Positions 15,062 through 27,564 of a DNA stretch of 51,619 bases are shown one piece after another. The number at the start of each line of letters is the position of its first letter. The stretch's first letter is position 1. The DNA is from an uncultured Acetobacteraceae bacterium (GTDB taxonomy: Bacteria; Pseudomonadota; Alphaproteobacteria; Acetobacterales; Acetobacteraceae), in NCBI GenBank assembly GCA_964251035.1, contig CAXUJE010000001.1, positions 1-51,619 of the forward strand, read 5' to 3'. Made by a program: the position numbers and the translations under genes. Under the pieces are notes generated by a model. That model did no database searches, was not told where the DNA came from, and saw only the letters and a program-made list of their open reading frames with translations.

Positions 15062-16051
15062 TCAAGCGGTGTCGCGCGTTCCGTGCAAGGCCTCTGGATT
15101 GATGACGCGAATCGGCGCGCCGTCGAGAAAGGCCAGGATGTTCTGCACGCTCTCGCCGTAGAACTGGGCGAAGGTATCCTGCGTCCCATAGCCCAAATGC
15201 GGCGTCAGCACGGTGTTCGGCGCCGTCCGCAGCGGGTGCATAGGCGACAGCGGCTCCTGCGCAAACACATCGAGCGCCGCGCGGATACGCCCAGCGTGCA
15301 GAGCTTCCAGCAGCGCCGCCTCCTCGACCAGCGGGCCGCGCGACGTGTTGACCAGGACCGCGCCGGGCTTCATGCGCGCGAGGTCCGCCGCCCCGATCAG
15401 GCCACGCGACCGGGCCGACAGCACGACGTGCAGGCTGACGACATCCGACTGCGCCAGCAGCTCGGCTTTACTGACGAGCCGCGCTCCGCCGGCCCGGGCG
15501 GCGCTCTTGGTCAGGTTCGGGCTCCAGGCGACCACATCCATGCCGAGCGCCCGCCCGTAGCCGCCGACGCGCGCGCCGATCTTTCCGAGGCCGATGATGC
15601 CCAAGGTGCGCCCCTCCAGCACCGGGCCGATGCCGACACCCTCCTGGAACCGCCCGGCCCGGATCGCCGCATCGCCCGCCGGGATGAACCGCGCGGCGGC
15701 CAGCATCAGGCCCAAGGCAAGCTCCGCCGTGCCGATGGAGGAGCGTTCGCCGCCGGTGTTGCACACCAGGATGCCCGCCGCGGTGCAGGCGTCGAGTGCC
15801 AAGGTCTGCGACCGGCCGCCGGTGAGCGCGATCAGCCGCAGCTTGGGCAGCCGGGCGATCAGCCCGGCGCCGAGTTCTGTGCGCTCGCGCATCGGGACCA
15901 GGATCTCGAAATCCGTCAGAGCTTCTGCCGTCGCGTCCTCGCCCGCGAACGACTCGGCGAAGACCGTGACCTCTGCCCTGGCCTCGACCGCCGACCAGTC
16001 CGCGGCGCTGCGCGCGACGCCCTGCCAGTCATCCATGATCGCGACGCGCAT
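15062..16051 (-). CDS. D-2-hydroxyacid dehydrogenase family protein
   Basis: MRVAIMDDWQ, MRERT, GIIGLGKIG, NTSRGPLV, DVFAQEP, TPHLGY; GGAGG SD. Confidence 0.92.
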   Translation of the reverse strand: MRVAIMDDWQGVARSAADWSAVEARAEVTVFAESFAGEDATAEALTDFEILVPMRERTELGAGLIARLPKLRLIALTGGRSQTLALDACTAAGILVCNTGGERSSIGTAELALGLMLAAARFIPAGDAAIRAGRFQEGVGIGPVLEGRTLGIIGLGKIGARVGGYGRALGMDVVAWSPNLTKSAARAGGARLVSKAELLAQSDVVSLHVVLSARSRGLIGAADLARMKPGAVLVNTSRGPLVEEAALLEALHAGRIRAALDVFAQEPLSPMHPLRTAPNTVLTPHLGYGTQDTFAQFYGESVQNILAFLDGAPIRVINPEALHGTRDTA

Positions 16052-16073
16052 CGACAGGCCTCCTCCGTTGGGA

Positions 16074-16916
16074 TCAGCGGCGCCGGGGATCAAGGGCGTC
16101 CCGCAAGCCGTCGCCGACCAGGTTGAACGCCAGCACCGCCAGGAAGATGGCCGCTCCCGGGAACACCGCGAGCCAGGGCGCCTGGGTCAGGAAGCGCTGC
16201 GCCGAGTTCAACATGCTGCCCCAGCTCGGCGCCGGCGGCTGCTGGCCGAGGCCGAGGAAGGACAGGCTGGCCTCCGCGATGATCGCCAGCGCAATTGCCA
16301 GCGTCGCCTGCACCAGTACGGGCGGGATGATGTTGGGCGCGACATGGCGCAGCGCCACGCGCCAGGGCGGGTTGCCGACGGCGCGGGCGGCCTCGACATA
16401 ATCGTAAGTCATCGTGTCCATCGTGGCGCTGCGGGCGACGCGGGCGAACACCGGCGCCGCGGTCACGCCGATGGCGACCATGGCGTTGGTCAGCGCCGGG
16501 CCGAGGAACGCCGCGAGCGCGATGGCCAGGATCAGGAACGGGCACGCCAGCATCGCATCCACCACCCGGCCGATCACCGCATCGACCCGCCCGCCGGCGA
16601 ACCCGGCCAGCAGGCCCACCGGCACCCCGACCCCGGCGGCGATCAGCACGGAGACGACGCCGGCCAGCAGCGACGCCCGCGCGCCGAACACCACGCGGGA
16701 CAGCACGTCGCGCCCGTTCTCGTCGGTGCCCATCCAGTGCTGCATCGACGGCGCCTTGCGGATGGCGGTCCAACTGGTGGCGACGGGATCGAACGGCGCG
16801 ACCAGCGGCGCGGCCACGGCAACCACGACGAAAAGGGCGATGACGGCGAAGCCCAGCACCGCCGCCGGACGCCCACGGAACCGGCGCAGGGCCAGGGCTG
16901 TCGGGCTTGTCCTCAT
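16074..16916 (-). CDS. Dpp/Opp-type ABC transporter permease (DppC-like)
   Basis: HWMGTDENGRDVLSRVVFGARASL, YVEAARAVG EAA loop, EASLSFLGLG, PSWGSML; start ATG 16916 overlaps the upstream permease stop. Confidence 0.93.
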   Translation of the reverse strand: MRTSPTALALRRFRGRPAAVLGFAVIALFVVVAVAAPLVAPFDPVATSWTAIRKAPSMQHWMGTDENGRDVLSRVVFGARASLLAGVVSVLIAAGVGVPVGLLAGFAGGRVDAVIGRVVDAMLACPFLILAIALAAFLGPALTNAMVAIGVTAAPVFARVARSATMDTMTYDYVEAARAVGNPPWRVALRHVAPNIIPPVLVQATLAIALAIIAEASLSFLGLGQQPPAPSWGSMLNSAQRFLTQAPWLAVFPGAAIFLAVLAFNLVGDGLRDALDPRRR

Positions 16917-17860
16917 GCGTCGCGCAGCCGCGGGTTGATGACGACGTAGAGCACGTCGGCCAGCAGGTTCAGCAGGATATACAGGCATGCCGTGACCAGC
17001 ACGACGCCTTGGACGACCGGGTAGTCCCGGTTGAACACCGCATCCACGACCAGCTTGCCGAAGCCCGGGATGCTGAACACCTGCTCGGTCAGCACCGCGC
17101 CGGACAGCAGCGTGCCGAGTTCGAGCGCCCCCAAGGTCACGACCGGCACCAATGCGTTGCGGAAGGCATGGCGCAGCACGACGGTCCACTCGTTCAGGCC
17201 CTTGGCCCGCGCCGTCCGCACGAAGTCCTGGTCAAGCGTCGTCAGCATGGCGCTGCGGGTGTGGCGCATCAGGATGGCGGCGATGGCGTTGCCCAGCACG
17301 AAGGCCGGCATGACCGTGGTGGCCAGCGACTGCCGCCAATCCTCGGTCAGCGGCACGTAGCCGGAAGGCGGCAACCAGCCGAGCTTCACGGAGATCAGCA
17401 GGATCAGCATGATGCCGAGCCAGAAGTTCGGCGTGGACAGCCCGGCCAGCCCGATGAGGTTCGCCACGTAGTCCCACCCGGTGTTGCGCTTCACCGCGGA
17501 CAGGATGCCCGCCGGCACGCCGATGAGGAGCGCGATCAGGAACGCCATCGCGGCGAGCTGCAACGTCACCGGCAGCTTGGTCAGCACCAGAGACGCCACC
17601 GGCTGGCGGATGCGCCAACTGAACCCCAGGTCGCCACGCAGGACGTTGCCGATCCAGTGGAAGTACTGCACCGGCAGCGAGCGGTCGAGCCACAGCTCGC
17701 TGCGGATTTGCGCGAGCACGGCGGGATCGCCCCGCTCCTCGCCCGCCAGCACGACGGCTGGGTCGCCGGGCATGAGCTGCTGGAGCGCGAACACCAGGAT
17801 GCTGACCAAGAGGATGGTGGGCAGGACTTGCAGCAGCCGGCCGCCGAGATGGCTGCGCAT
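16913..17860 (-). CDS. Dpp/Opp-type ABC transporter permease (DppB-like)
   Basis: PGDPA, GDLGFS, PNFWLG, DFVRTARAKGL, RHAFRNA, RDYPVVQG. Confidence 0.94.
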   Translation of the reverse strand: MRSHLGGRLLQVLPTILLVSILVFALQQLMPGDPAVVLAGEERGDPAVLAQIRSELWLDRSLPVQYFHWIGNVLRGDLGFSWRIRQPVASLVLTKLPVTLQLAAMAFLIALLIGVPAGILSAVKRNTGWDYVANLIGLAGLSTPNFWLGIMLILLISVKLGWLPPSGYVPLTEDWRQSLATTVMPAFVLGNAIAAILMRHTRSAMLTTLDQDFVRTARAKGLNEWTVVLRHAFRNALVPVVTLGALELGTLLSGAVLTEQVFSIPGFGKLVVDAVFNRDYPVVQGVVLVTACLYILLNLLADVLYVVINPRLRDA

Positions 17861-17862
17861 GG

Positions 17863-19368
17863 CTACTTCGCCAACCCGACGCCTTGCAGCCGGATCAGGC
17901 CATCCGGCACCGGGCGGAACCCGGTCAACCGTGCCGACATGCCGACCACGTTCTTGGGATTGTTCAGGTACACGATGGGCAAGTCCTTGCTGATCTGCTC
18001 AAGGGCCTGGTCATAGAGCACGCGCCGCCCGGCCGCGTCTTGCACGACCCGGGCCTGGTCTAGCAGCGCATCCACCTTCGGGTTGGCATACTTGCCGTCG
18101 TTCTGTCCGCCGCCGCTGTGTAAGAAGCTGAAAAGGTTGCCGTCCGGATCGACCCGACCGGACCACATGAGCGCGAACGCCTCGAACTCGCCTCGCTGGG
18201 CCGCGGCCAAGGCGGAGGCAAACTCGGACGCCGTGATCTTCACGTCGAACCCGGCCTCAGCCGCCATCGCCTGGATGATCTCGCCCGCCTGCCGTTGGTC
18301 CGGGTTGTTCGGCACCGTCAACGCGATTGGCACCGGCAGCGCCGCCCCGGCCTCCTTCAGCAATGCTTTGGCCCGCGCCACGTCCCGTTCCCGCGGCTGC
18401 ACGGCCTCGTCGTAATAGGGGCTGCTGGGCGACACGCCCTGCGACACCGGGGTGTAAAGGCCGTTATAGACGACCTGATTGATCGTCGCCTTGTCCAGCG
18501 ACAGCTCGAACGCCTGCCGCACCCGGGCGTCGCCGCCGAGCGGGGTCTTGGCGCGCGGGCCGTTGGCCAGGTTGATGGTGATGCCCGAGTAGCCGAGGTT
18601 GTCTGACGTGACCAGGCGCAGCCGCGGGTTGCTGCGCACCGCGTCCGCGTCGGTCGGCAGGATTTGCTCCGACAGCTCGATGCTGCCCGCTTGCAGGTTC
18701 GCCAGGCGGATCGAGCTGTCGGGGATTGGCAGGTAGATCACCCGGTCCAGCTTGATCGACGCCGCATCCCAGTACTCAGGAAACCGCTCCAGCACGATGC
18801 GGTCCTGCGGCACCCGCTCCACGAAACGGAACGGCCCGGCGCAGACCGGCTTCAAGCCGAAATCCTTGCCCGCCGCTTCGGCCGCCTTGGGCGATACGAT
18901 CATGCCGGCGCGGTCCGTCAGCTGCGACACGAACGGCGACGACGCGGTCTTCAGCACGATGCGGACGGTCAGCGGGTCCACGACCTCGACCCGGTCCATC
19001 ACGTTGATCTCGCTGCGGCGGAAGCTGCCCTGCATGGTGAGGTGGCGCTCCAGCGAGTACTTGACCGAAGCCGCGTCGAGTTTCTCGCCGTCATGGAACA
19101 CGACGCCGGGCCGCAGCTTGACGAGCAGGTCCGTCGGGTCCGTCCAGGCGTAGGACAGCGCCAGTTGCGGCACGATTTCCAGCTTTTCGTTGATGTCGAA
19201 CAGCTTGTCGCACAGCCCGGCGAACGCGATGCGACCGACGTAAGTACGCGCCAAGGTGGGGTCTAGGATGTCTGGGTCCTCGCGCAGCGCGATGCGCAGC
19301 GTTTGGGCATGTGCGGCGCTCGACAGCACCATACCTAGACAAAGGGCTGCAAGCACTGATTTGCGCAT
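17863..19368 (-). CDS. ABC transporter substrate-binding protein, family 5 (DppA/OppA-like)
   Basis: Signal peptide MRKSVLAALCLGMVLSSAAHA, LDP, KLRPGVVFHDG, PVCAGPF; GGAGAG SD before ATG 19368. Confidence 0.93.
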   Translation of the reverse strand: MRKSVLAALCLGMVLSSAAHAQTLRIALREDPDILDPTLARTYVGRIAFAGLCDKLFDINEKLEIVPQLALSYAWTDPTDLLVKLRPGVVFHDGEKLDAASVKYSLERHLTMQGSFRRSEINVMDRVEVVDPLTVRIVLKTASSPFVSQLTDRAGMIVSPKAAEAAGKDFGLKPVCAGPFRFVERVPQDRIVLERFPEYWDAASIKLDRVIYLPIPDSSIRLANLQAGSIELSEQILPTDADAVRSNPRLRLVTSDNLGYSGITINLANGPRAKTPLGGDARVRQAFELSLDKATINQVVYNGLYTPVSQGVSPSSPYYDEAVQPRERDVARAKALLKEAGAALPVPIALTVPNNPDQRQAGEIIQAMAAEAGFDVKITASEFASALAAAQRGEFEAFALMWSGRVDPDGNLFSFLHSGGGQNDGKYANPKVDALLDQARVVQDAAGRRVLYDQALEQISKDLPIVYLNNPKNVVGMSARLTGFRPVPDGLIRLQGVGLAK

Positions 19369-19471
19369 GGTCAACTCTCCTCTACCGTGCACCCATGCCG
19401 GGCGCGGCGAGTGCTGGCAAGCGGCATATGCCAGGCTACGTCGAGCCAATCTCAAGAAGGCTGTGCAAACC

Positions 19472-20545
19472 ATGCGCCATCACCGGATCGCCTCCATCCC
19501 CGCCGACGGCATCGGGCCGGAAGTCGTCGCCGCCGGGCTGGAAGCGCTGGAAACGGTGGCCGCCCGCGATGGCGGGTTCCAGTTGCAGGTCGATGCCTTG
19601 GATTGGGGGTCGGAGCGCTACCGCCGCACCGGCGCGCTGATGCCGGCGGACGGGCTGGAGCGTCTGCGCGGCGTGGACGCCATCCTGTTCGGCGCCGTGG
19701 GCGCGCCCGACATCCCGGACCACGTGACGCTCTGGGGCCTGCGCCTGCCGATCTGCCAAGGGTTCGACCAATATGCCAACGTCCGCCCCACCCGCATCCT
19801 GCCCGGCGTCACCAGCCCGCTGCGCGGCGTCGGGCCGGGCGACCTCGATTGGCTGATCGTGCGGGAGAACAGCGAGGGCGAGTACGCCGGCCATGGCGGA
19901 CGTGCCCACCGCGGCCACCCGGAAGAGGTCGCGACCGAAACCGCCATCTTCACCCGGCGCGGCGTCGAGCGGATCATGCGCTTCGCCTTCGACGCCGCGC
20001 AGAAGCGCCCGCGCAAGCATCTGACCGTCGTCACCAAGTCGAACGCCCAGCGTCACGGCATGGTGTTCTGGGATGAGATCGCCGCCCTGGTCGCCGCGGA
20101 CTACCCGGACGTGGCCTGGGACAAGGAACTGGTGGACGCCATGACCACCCGCATGGTGCGCCGGCCCGGCAGCATCGACACGGTGGTGGCGACCAACCTG
20201 CACGCCGACATCCTGTCGGACCTCGCGGCGGCGCTGGCTGGGTCGCTCGGCATCGCGCCGACCGGCAACGTCGATCCGGAGCGCCGCTACCCCAGCATGT
20301 TCGAGCCGATCCACGGCAGCGCCTTCGACATCACCGGCAAGGGCATCGCCAACCCTGTCGCCACCTTCTGGACCGCGTCGATGATGCTGGACCACCTGGG
20401 CGAGGCATCCGCCGCCGCGCTGCTGATGCGCGCGGTCGAGCAGGTCTGCGCGGCGGGGATCACAACGCCCGACCTCGGGGGCCGCGCCACCACCGCCGAG
20501 GTGACGCATGCCGTGTGCGAGGCGATCCGCGGCGCGAACGCCTAG
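19472..20545 (+). CDS. ttuC: Tartrate dehydrogenase/decarboxylase (D-malate dehydrogenase; beta-decarboxylating family)
   Basis: IPADGIGPEV, PDHVTLWGLRLPICQGFDQYANVRP, RENSEGEY, TKSNAQRH, SMFEPIHGSAFDITGKGIANP. Confidence 0.88.
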   Translation: MRHHRIASIPADGIGPEVVAAGLEALETVAARDGGFQLQVDALDWGSERYRRTGALMPADGLERLRGVDAILFGAVGAPDIPDHVTLWGLRLPICQGFDQYANVRPTRILPGVTSPLRGVGPGDLDWLIVRENSEGEYAGHGGRAHRGHPEEVATETAIFTRRGVERIMRFAFDAAQKRPRKHLTVVTKSNAQRHGMVFWDEIAALVAADYPDVAWDKELVDAMTTRMVRRPGSIDTVVATNLHADILSDLAAALAGSLGIAPTGNVDPERRYPSMFEPIHGSAFDITGKGIANPVATFWTASMMLDHLGEASAAALLMRAVEQVCAAGITTPDLGGRATTAEVTHAVCEAIRGANA

Positions 20546-21358
20546 CGCCAGCCGAGCAGCGCCTGCTCCAGCCGTCCCAGCGCCCAGGCCACCAGCAGGC
20601 CGAGCAGCGACAGCACCACGATGCCGGCCAGCAGGTTGTCGGTGTCATACAGGTTGCCGGCCTGCAGCACGAAGGCGCCGATGCCGCGCTCCGCCCCGAT
20701 CATCTCGGCGGCGACGAGCAGGATGATGGCGATGCTGGTCGTGACGCGGAAGCCGCTCAGTATGGCGGGCAGCGCCCCGGGGAACACGATCTTGCGCAGG
20801 ATCGCGGCCCGGGACAGCCCGAAGGCCTGGCCCATCCGCACCAGGTTGCGGCTGACGGCATCGACGCCGGTGGCGGTGTTGATCACAGTCGGGAAGAACA
20901 CGCCGAAGGCCAGCGTCGCGAGCTTCGACCCCTCGCCGATGCCGAACCAGATGATGAACAGCGGCACCAGCGCGATCTTCGGGATGGGGAACAGCGCCGA
21001 CACCACCGCCATGCCGGGGCTGCGCAGCCAGCTCGACAGGCCCACCGCGAAGCCGAGCGCCACGCCGCACACCGTCCCCAGCGTCCAGCCGATGGCCAGC
21101 CGCTGCAGCGACGCGCCCAAATGCAGCCAAAGCTCGCCGCTGGCCGCGAGCTGATATAGCGCACGCACGATGCTCACGGGCGGCGGCAGGAACTGCGTGG
21201 CGATCAGCCCGGCGCTGGCCCCCGCCTGCCAAAGCGCCAGGATGCCCAGCAGGGTCGCCGCCGCGGCGCCCGGCACGGCGCGCGGCGCGAAGCCGCGGGC
21301 GCGGAACGGCACCGGGCCGGCGATGTCGCGTCCCGTTGCAACCGGGCTGATGATGGTG

Positions 21359-21366
<8 letters not shown>
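20542..21366 (-). CDS. NitT/TauT-family ABC transporter permease
   Basis: FLPPP, SLQRL, FPIPKIALVPLFIIWFGIGE, VAAEMIGA. Confidence 0.92.
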
Positions 21367-22134
<768 letters not shown>

Positions 22135-22138
<4 letters not shown>

Positions 22139-23154
22139 GGCGTGGGGAGCGCGTCGATGAACCGCGTGTCGATCACGTCCGCCGGCTCGATCTGGCCCTT
22201 GACCAGGCCTTGCCCGGTGAACCAGCGGAGCTGCGCCGCCACGTCCCCCACGTCGAGACGGGCGTCCTCGTCGTAGTAGCCGACACCCTCCTCGATCTTC
22301 CGCGGCCCATCGGGGTCCCCGGCATAGACGTATTTCTGGATCGACGGCACCAGCGCCGCGGTCTTGGCGTCCCGCACCGGCTTGCCCGCCGCGTCCAACC
22401 GCAGGAAGCCGTCTCGATAGTCGGCAACCCCGCGCTGATATGCGCGGGCGAAGCGGCGCAGCGTGTCGGGCCGCTTCTCCACCATCTGGCTCGGTGCGAA
22501 CACGGCAGTGATCTGGTACGGCACCAGGTCGCCGGCCCAGCCGATGATGCGCGCCTCCCCCGAGGCGTCCAGCGGCCGGGCCATCGAGGCAATCGCCATC
22601 GTCGCGTCCACCTGCCCGGTCCGCACCGCCGCCACCATGTTGCCGACCTGCTGCAACGGGCGCAGCGTCAGGCTCTTGAGCGCGAAGCCTTCCCGCTCCG
22701 CGATCCGCCCGGCCATGTAGTGGAACGACGAGCCGAACTGCGTGATGCCGAAGCTGTGCCCGGCCAATTGCGCCGCCGAGGTCAGCCCGGCGTCATACGC
22801 CTTGCGCGATGCGAGGATCGCCGTCCCCTCATAGCCCGGCTGCTCATGAAGCCCGCCGCCGATCACCTTCAAGGTGCCCCGCCCGGCCAGACTGAAGAAC
22901 CCCCCGGTCAGCGCGGTGATCCCCACGTCGATGTCGCCCGACACCGCCGCCGCGGCGATGGGCTGCGCCGCCTCGAAGAAGCGGAAGCTGGCGTCCAGGC
23001 CCTCGTCGCGGAAATAGCCGCGCTCCATGGCGATGTAGAGCGGCGCCGGGGACAGCGTGTGCAGCAGGCCGATGCGCAGCACCTCAGCCGCCCGCGCCGA
23101 CGCCGCGGTCCACAGCAGGCTTGCTGCGAAGCAGAGCAGGGCTGATCGGCGCAT
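22135..23154 (-). CDS. NitT/TauT (NMT1/SsuA-like) ABC transporter substrate-binding protein
   Basis: Signal peptide MRRSALLCFAASLLWTAASARA, PLYIAMERGYFRDEGLD; first gene of the ATPase/permease operon; GAAGG SD. Confidence 0.9.
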
Positions 23155-23237
23155 CCGGGTTCCTTCATAGTCGCGCGCCACCCATGCCACACCGGGGCCG
23201 GGTTGCACAGGAAGGGGGGGCCGCCCATACCCTGGAC

Positions 23238-25031
<1,794 letters not shown>

Positions 25032-25041
25032 GCTCCGGCAC

Positions 25042-25200
25042 ATGACCCGGATTGTTCTGCTGCTGTCCTTGCTGATCCTGTCCGGCTGCGGCTTGGCCGC
25101 GGCGCCGTGCCGGGTGACCTCGGCGGTGCTGAAGATCGTGCCGGTCGTGGGCCACGTCGCGGCGGCGCCGACCGATGCGTGCGCCGACATCATCGACTGA
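25042..25200 (+). CDS. Small lipoprotein (52 aa, DUF6726-like)
   Basis: Hydrophobic signal with lipobox LSGC, then AAPCRVTSAVLKIVPVVGHVAAAPTDACADIID. Confidence 0.75.
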   Translation: MTRIVLLLSLLILSGCGLAAAPCRVTSAVLKIVPVVGHVAAAPTDACADIID

Positions 25201-25330
25201 TGAGCATTTTGGGCGCGAGAACGGCCGTCCAACACTCTTCATCAAACATCAGCGAGCCATCGCGGCTCCGCTGTTGCACCGGGCAAATAGCCCGCTAATT
25301 GCCGTTGCTGCATCTTGGAAGGTCTCCGCC

Positions 25331-25720
25331 ATGGCGCAGGTCACGATCTATGGCCGCAAAGGCTTGTTGGAAAGGGACCGGGCGGCGCTGTCCGAAGCGG
25401 TCCATTCGTCCGTCATGCAGGCGTTCGAATATCCAGTCGAAAAAAGGTTCCACCGCTTCATCGCTTTGGACGAAGCCGACTTCGTTTACCCGTCTGACCG
25501 CTCTGCGCGCTACACGATCATCGAGTTCAGCATCTTCGAAGGCCGCTCGGTCGAAGCCAAGAAGCTTCTGATCCGGCTGCTTTACCAGAACATACCCAGG
25601 CTCACGAGCATCAGCCCTCAAGACCTCGAATTCACCATCTTTGAAACGCCCCGCCATGCCTGGGGCATCAGGGGATTGCCGGGCGACGAAATTGGCTTGA
25701 ATTACAAGGTCGAGGTCTGA
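25331..25720 (+). CDS. Tautomerase-superfamily protein (Tautomerase_2-like)
   Basis: MAQVTIYG, KRFHRF, IIEFSIFEGRSVEAKKLLI, ETPRHAWGIRG; GGAAGG SD. Confidence 0.8.
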   Translation: MAQVTIYGRKGLLERDRAALSEAVHSSVMQAFEYPVEKRFHRFIALDEADFVYPSDRSARYTIIEFSIFEGRSVEAKKLLIRLLYQNIPRLTSISPQDLEFTIFETPRHAWGIRGLPGDEIGLNYKVEV

Positions 25721-25813
25721 GTCCTTGCACGGGAGGCGTCTTGCGGCTTCCGTCCGACAACTTTCAAATTGACCTGACCGCGAAGATCAACCACGCCCCT
25801 TTGGACCCTGGCT

Positions 25814-26518
25814 TCAAGCCCCGCCCACACCCACCTGCCGGCACATGGAGAGCAGCGGGCAGGTCGGGCATCTCGGCCGCGGTCCGGTGCAGACGTGCTT
25901 GCCAAAGGGCACCAAGCGCTCGTTGATCTCGATCCAGTATTGTTGCGGCAGTTTGCTGGCAAGGGCTGCCATGGTGCGCTCAGGCGTCGGCGCGGCGACG
26001 TAGCCCCAGCGGTTGGTGACCCGGTGGACGTGGATGTCCACGCAGATGGCAGGCTTGTTGAAGCCGACCGCCAAGGTGAGCGCCGCCACCTTCGGACCGA
26101 CGCCGCGGAACGCGGTCAGACCCTCGGACGTGTCCGGCACCTTGCCGCCATGGCGCTCCATGATGGCGCGGGACAAGGCGAGGATGTCGCGCGCCTTCGG
26201 CTCCGGGAACGTGGCCCCGCGGAGCAGGGCAACCAGTTCGGCTTCGTCCAGCGCCGCCATCGCCGCGGGCGTGCGGGCGCGGGCGAAGAGGCGACGGCAA
26301 ACAGGGATCGTGGTCTCGTCCAGCGTGCGGGCGCTGATCAGGCTGGCAACGAGCTGTTCGTACGGGGCGTGATAGCCCTCGTCCCGGAGCTGGAACATCG
26401 CCGCCTTGGGCAGGCGGGCGCAGGCTGCGCGCAAGCGGCGGAATGCCTCATGGACATCGAAGGGTTCCTTGCTTCCGGTTACGGCGTCTGGAAGCGAAGA
26501 GGCGGGATGATCAGGCAA
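25814..26518 (-). CDS. nth: Endonuclease III (HhH-GPD DNA glycosylase/AP lyase)
   Basis: LISART, HhH LTAFRGVGPKVA, catalytic VDIHVHRV, 4Fe-4S C-x6-C-x2-C-x5-C; TTG start. Confidence 0.9.
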   Translation of the reverse strand: MPDHPASSLPDAVTGSKEPFDVHEAFRRLRAACARLPKAAMFQLRDEGYHAPYEQLVASLISARTLDETTIPVCRRLFARARTPAAMAALDEAELVALLRGATFPEPKARDILALSRAIMERHGGKVPDTSEGLTAFRGVGPKVAALTLAVGFNKPAICVDIHVHRVTNRWGYVAAPTPERTMAALASKLPQQYWIEINERLVPFGKHVCTGPRPRCPTCPLLSMCRQVGVGGA

Positions 26519-26795
26519 AGTAGCTTCCCACGGCTTCGGCGTCGATCCTGTCGGTCATTCCCGTCCTTCCCCCCATCGCGGCATCGGGCACATAAGCGCC
26601 GGGCAGGGCGCGGGTTGCAGCGGAGACGGCCTGTCCCTTGCAGTCCTTTTGAGTTCCTTGTGCCGTCGGTTGGAGGCCGGCAAGCCCTCGACACCCCGCG
26701 TCGTCCGCATCACGATCTGCATTGCATCGTCGGCGCAACATCCCGCTTCCGCGGTTGCGCTTGCATAGCAGGGCACCATCGACGCAGGAGCACCC

Positions 26796-27500
26796 ATGCA
26801 CCCGGACACCAAGGCGCGGCTGATGCTGGCCAGCACCGCAACCCTGACCACGCAGCTCTTCAAGCGCGGGCTGCGCAACGCCTTCATGCAGGGCGTCCGC
26901 CGGCTGGGTCCGGCCGGCCCCAACATGGTCGGCCCCGCCATGACGCTCCGCTACATCCCGGCGCGCGAGGATCTCGATCACCTCGGCGTGTTCGCCGACC
27001 CCGAGCACCCACAGCGCAAAGCGGTGGAGACCGCCCGGCCCGGCTGCGTCCTGGTGCAGGACTGCCGCGGCGATGCGCGGGCGGCGTGCGGCGGGGAAAT
27101 CCTGATGACCCGGCTCCAGGTGCGCGGCGCCGCCGGCATGGTCACCGATGGGGGCTTACGCGACAGTGGCCCGATCGGCGCGATGCCGGTGCCGGTGTTC
27201 TGCGCCGGGGCGTCGGCGCCGCTGAACCTCGTGCTGCACCACGCCGTCGAGATCGACGCGCCCATCGGTTGCGGCGGCGTCGCGGTCTATCCCGGCGACA
27301 TCATCGTGGGCGACGCGGACGGCGTGGTGGTGCTGCCGGCCGGCATCGCGGACGAGGTCGCCGAGCAGGCGGCCGAGCAGGAGTGGGTGGAGCGCTTCGT
27401 CCTGGAGCGCATCGCCGCCGGCGCCCCGCTTCCCGGCACCTACCCACCCAATGCCGAGACGGCGGCCGCCTACGCTGCGTGGCGCGCCCGGCAGGGCTGA
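26796..27500 (+). CDS. RraA-family protein (HMG/CHA aldolase-like)
   Basis: GPAMTLRYIPARED, GEILMTRL, VTDGGLRD, PIGCGGVAVYPGDIIVGDADGVVV; AGGAG SD. Confidence 0.85.
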   Translation: MHPDTKARLMLASTATLTTQLFKRGLRNAFMQGVRRLGPAGPNMVGPAMTLRYIPAREDLDHLGVFADPEHPQRKAVETARPGCVLVQDCRGDARAACGGEILMTRLQVRGAAGMVTDGGLRDSGPIGAMPVPVFCAGASAPLNLVLHHAVEIDAPIGCGGVAVYPGDIIVGDADGVVVLPAGIADEVAEQAAEQEWVERFVLERIAAGAPLPGTYPPNAETAAAYAAWRARQG

Positions 27501-27502
27501 GC

Positions 27503-27530
27503 GCGCGCCCCCTCGACTCCGGGCGCGCTT
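27503..27530 (+). terminator. GC-rich hairpin between the RraA-like gene and glcB (weak terminator or mRNA-stabilising stem)
   Basis: GCGCGCCC / 10-nt loop / GGGCGCGC followed by only TT. Confidence 0.3.
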
Positions 27531-27564
27531 GCCTCAATAAGGGCGCACCACGAGAGGATAAGAG

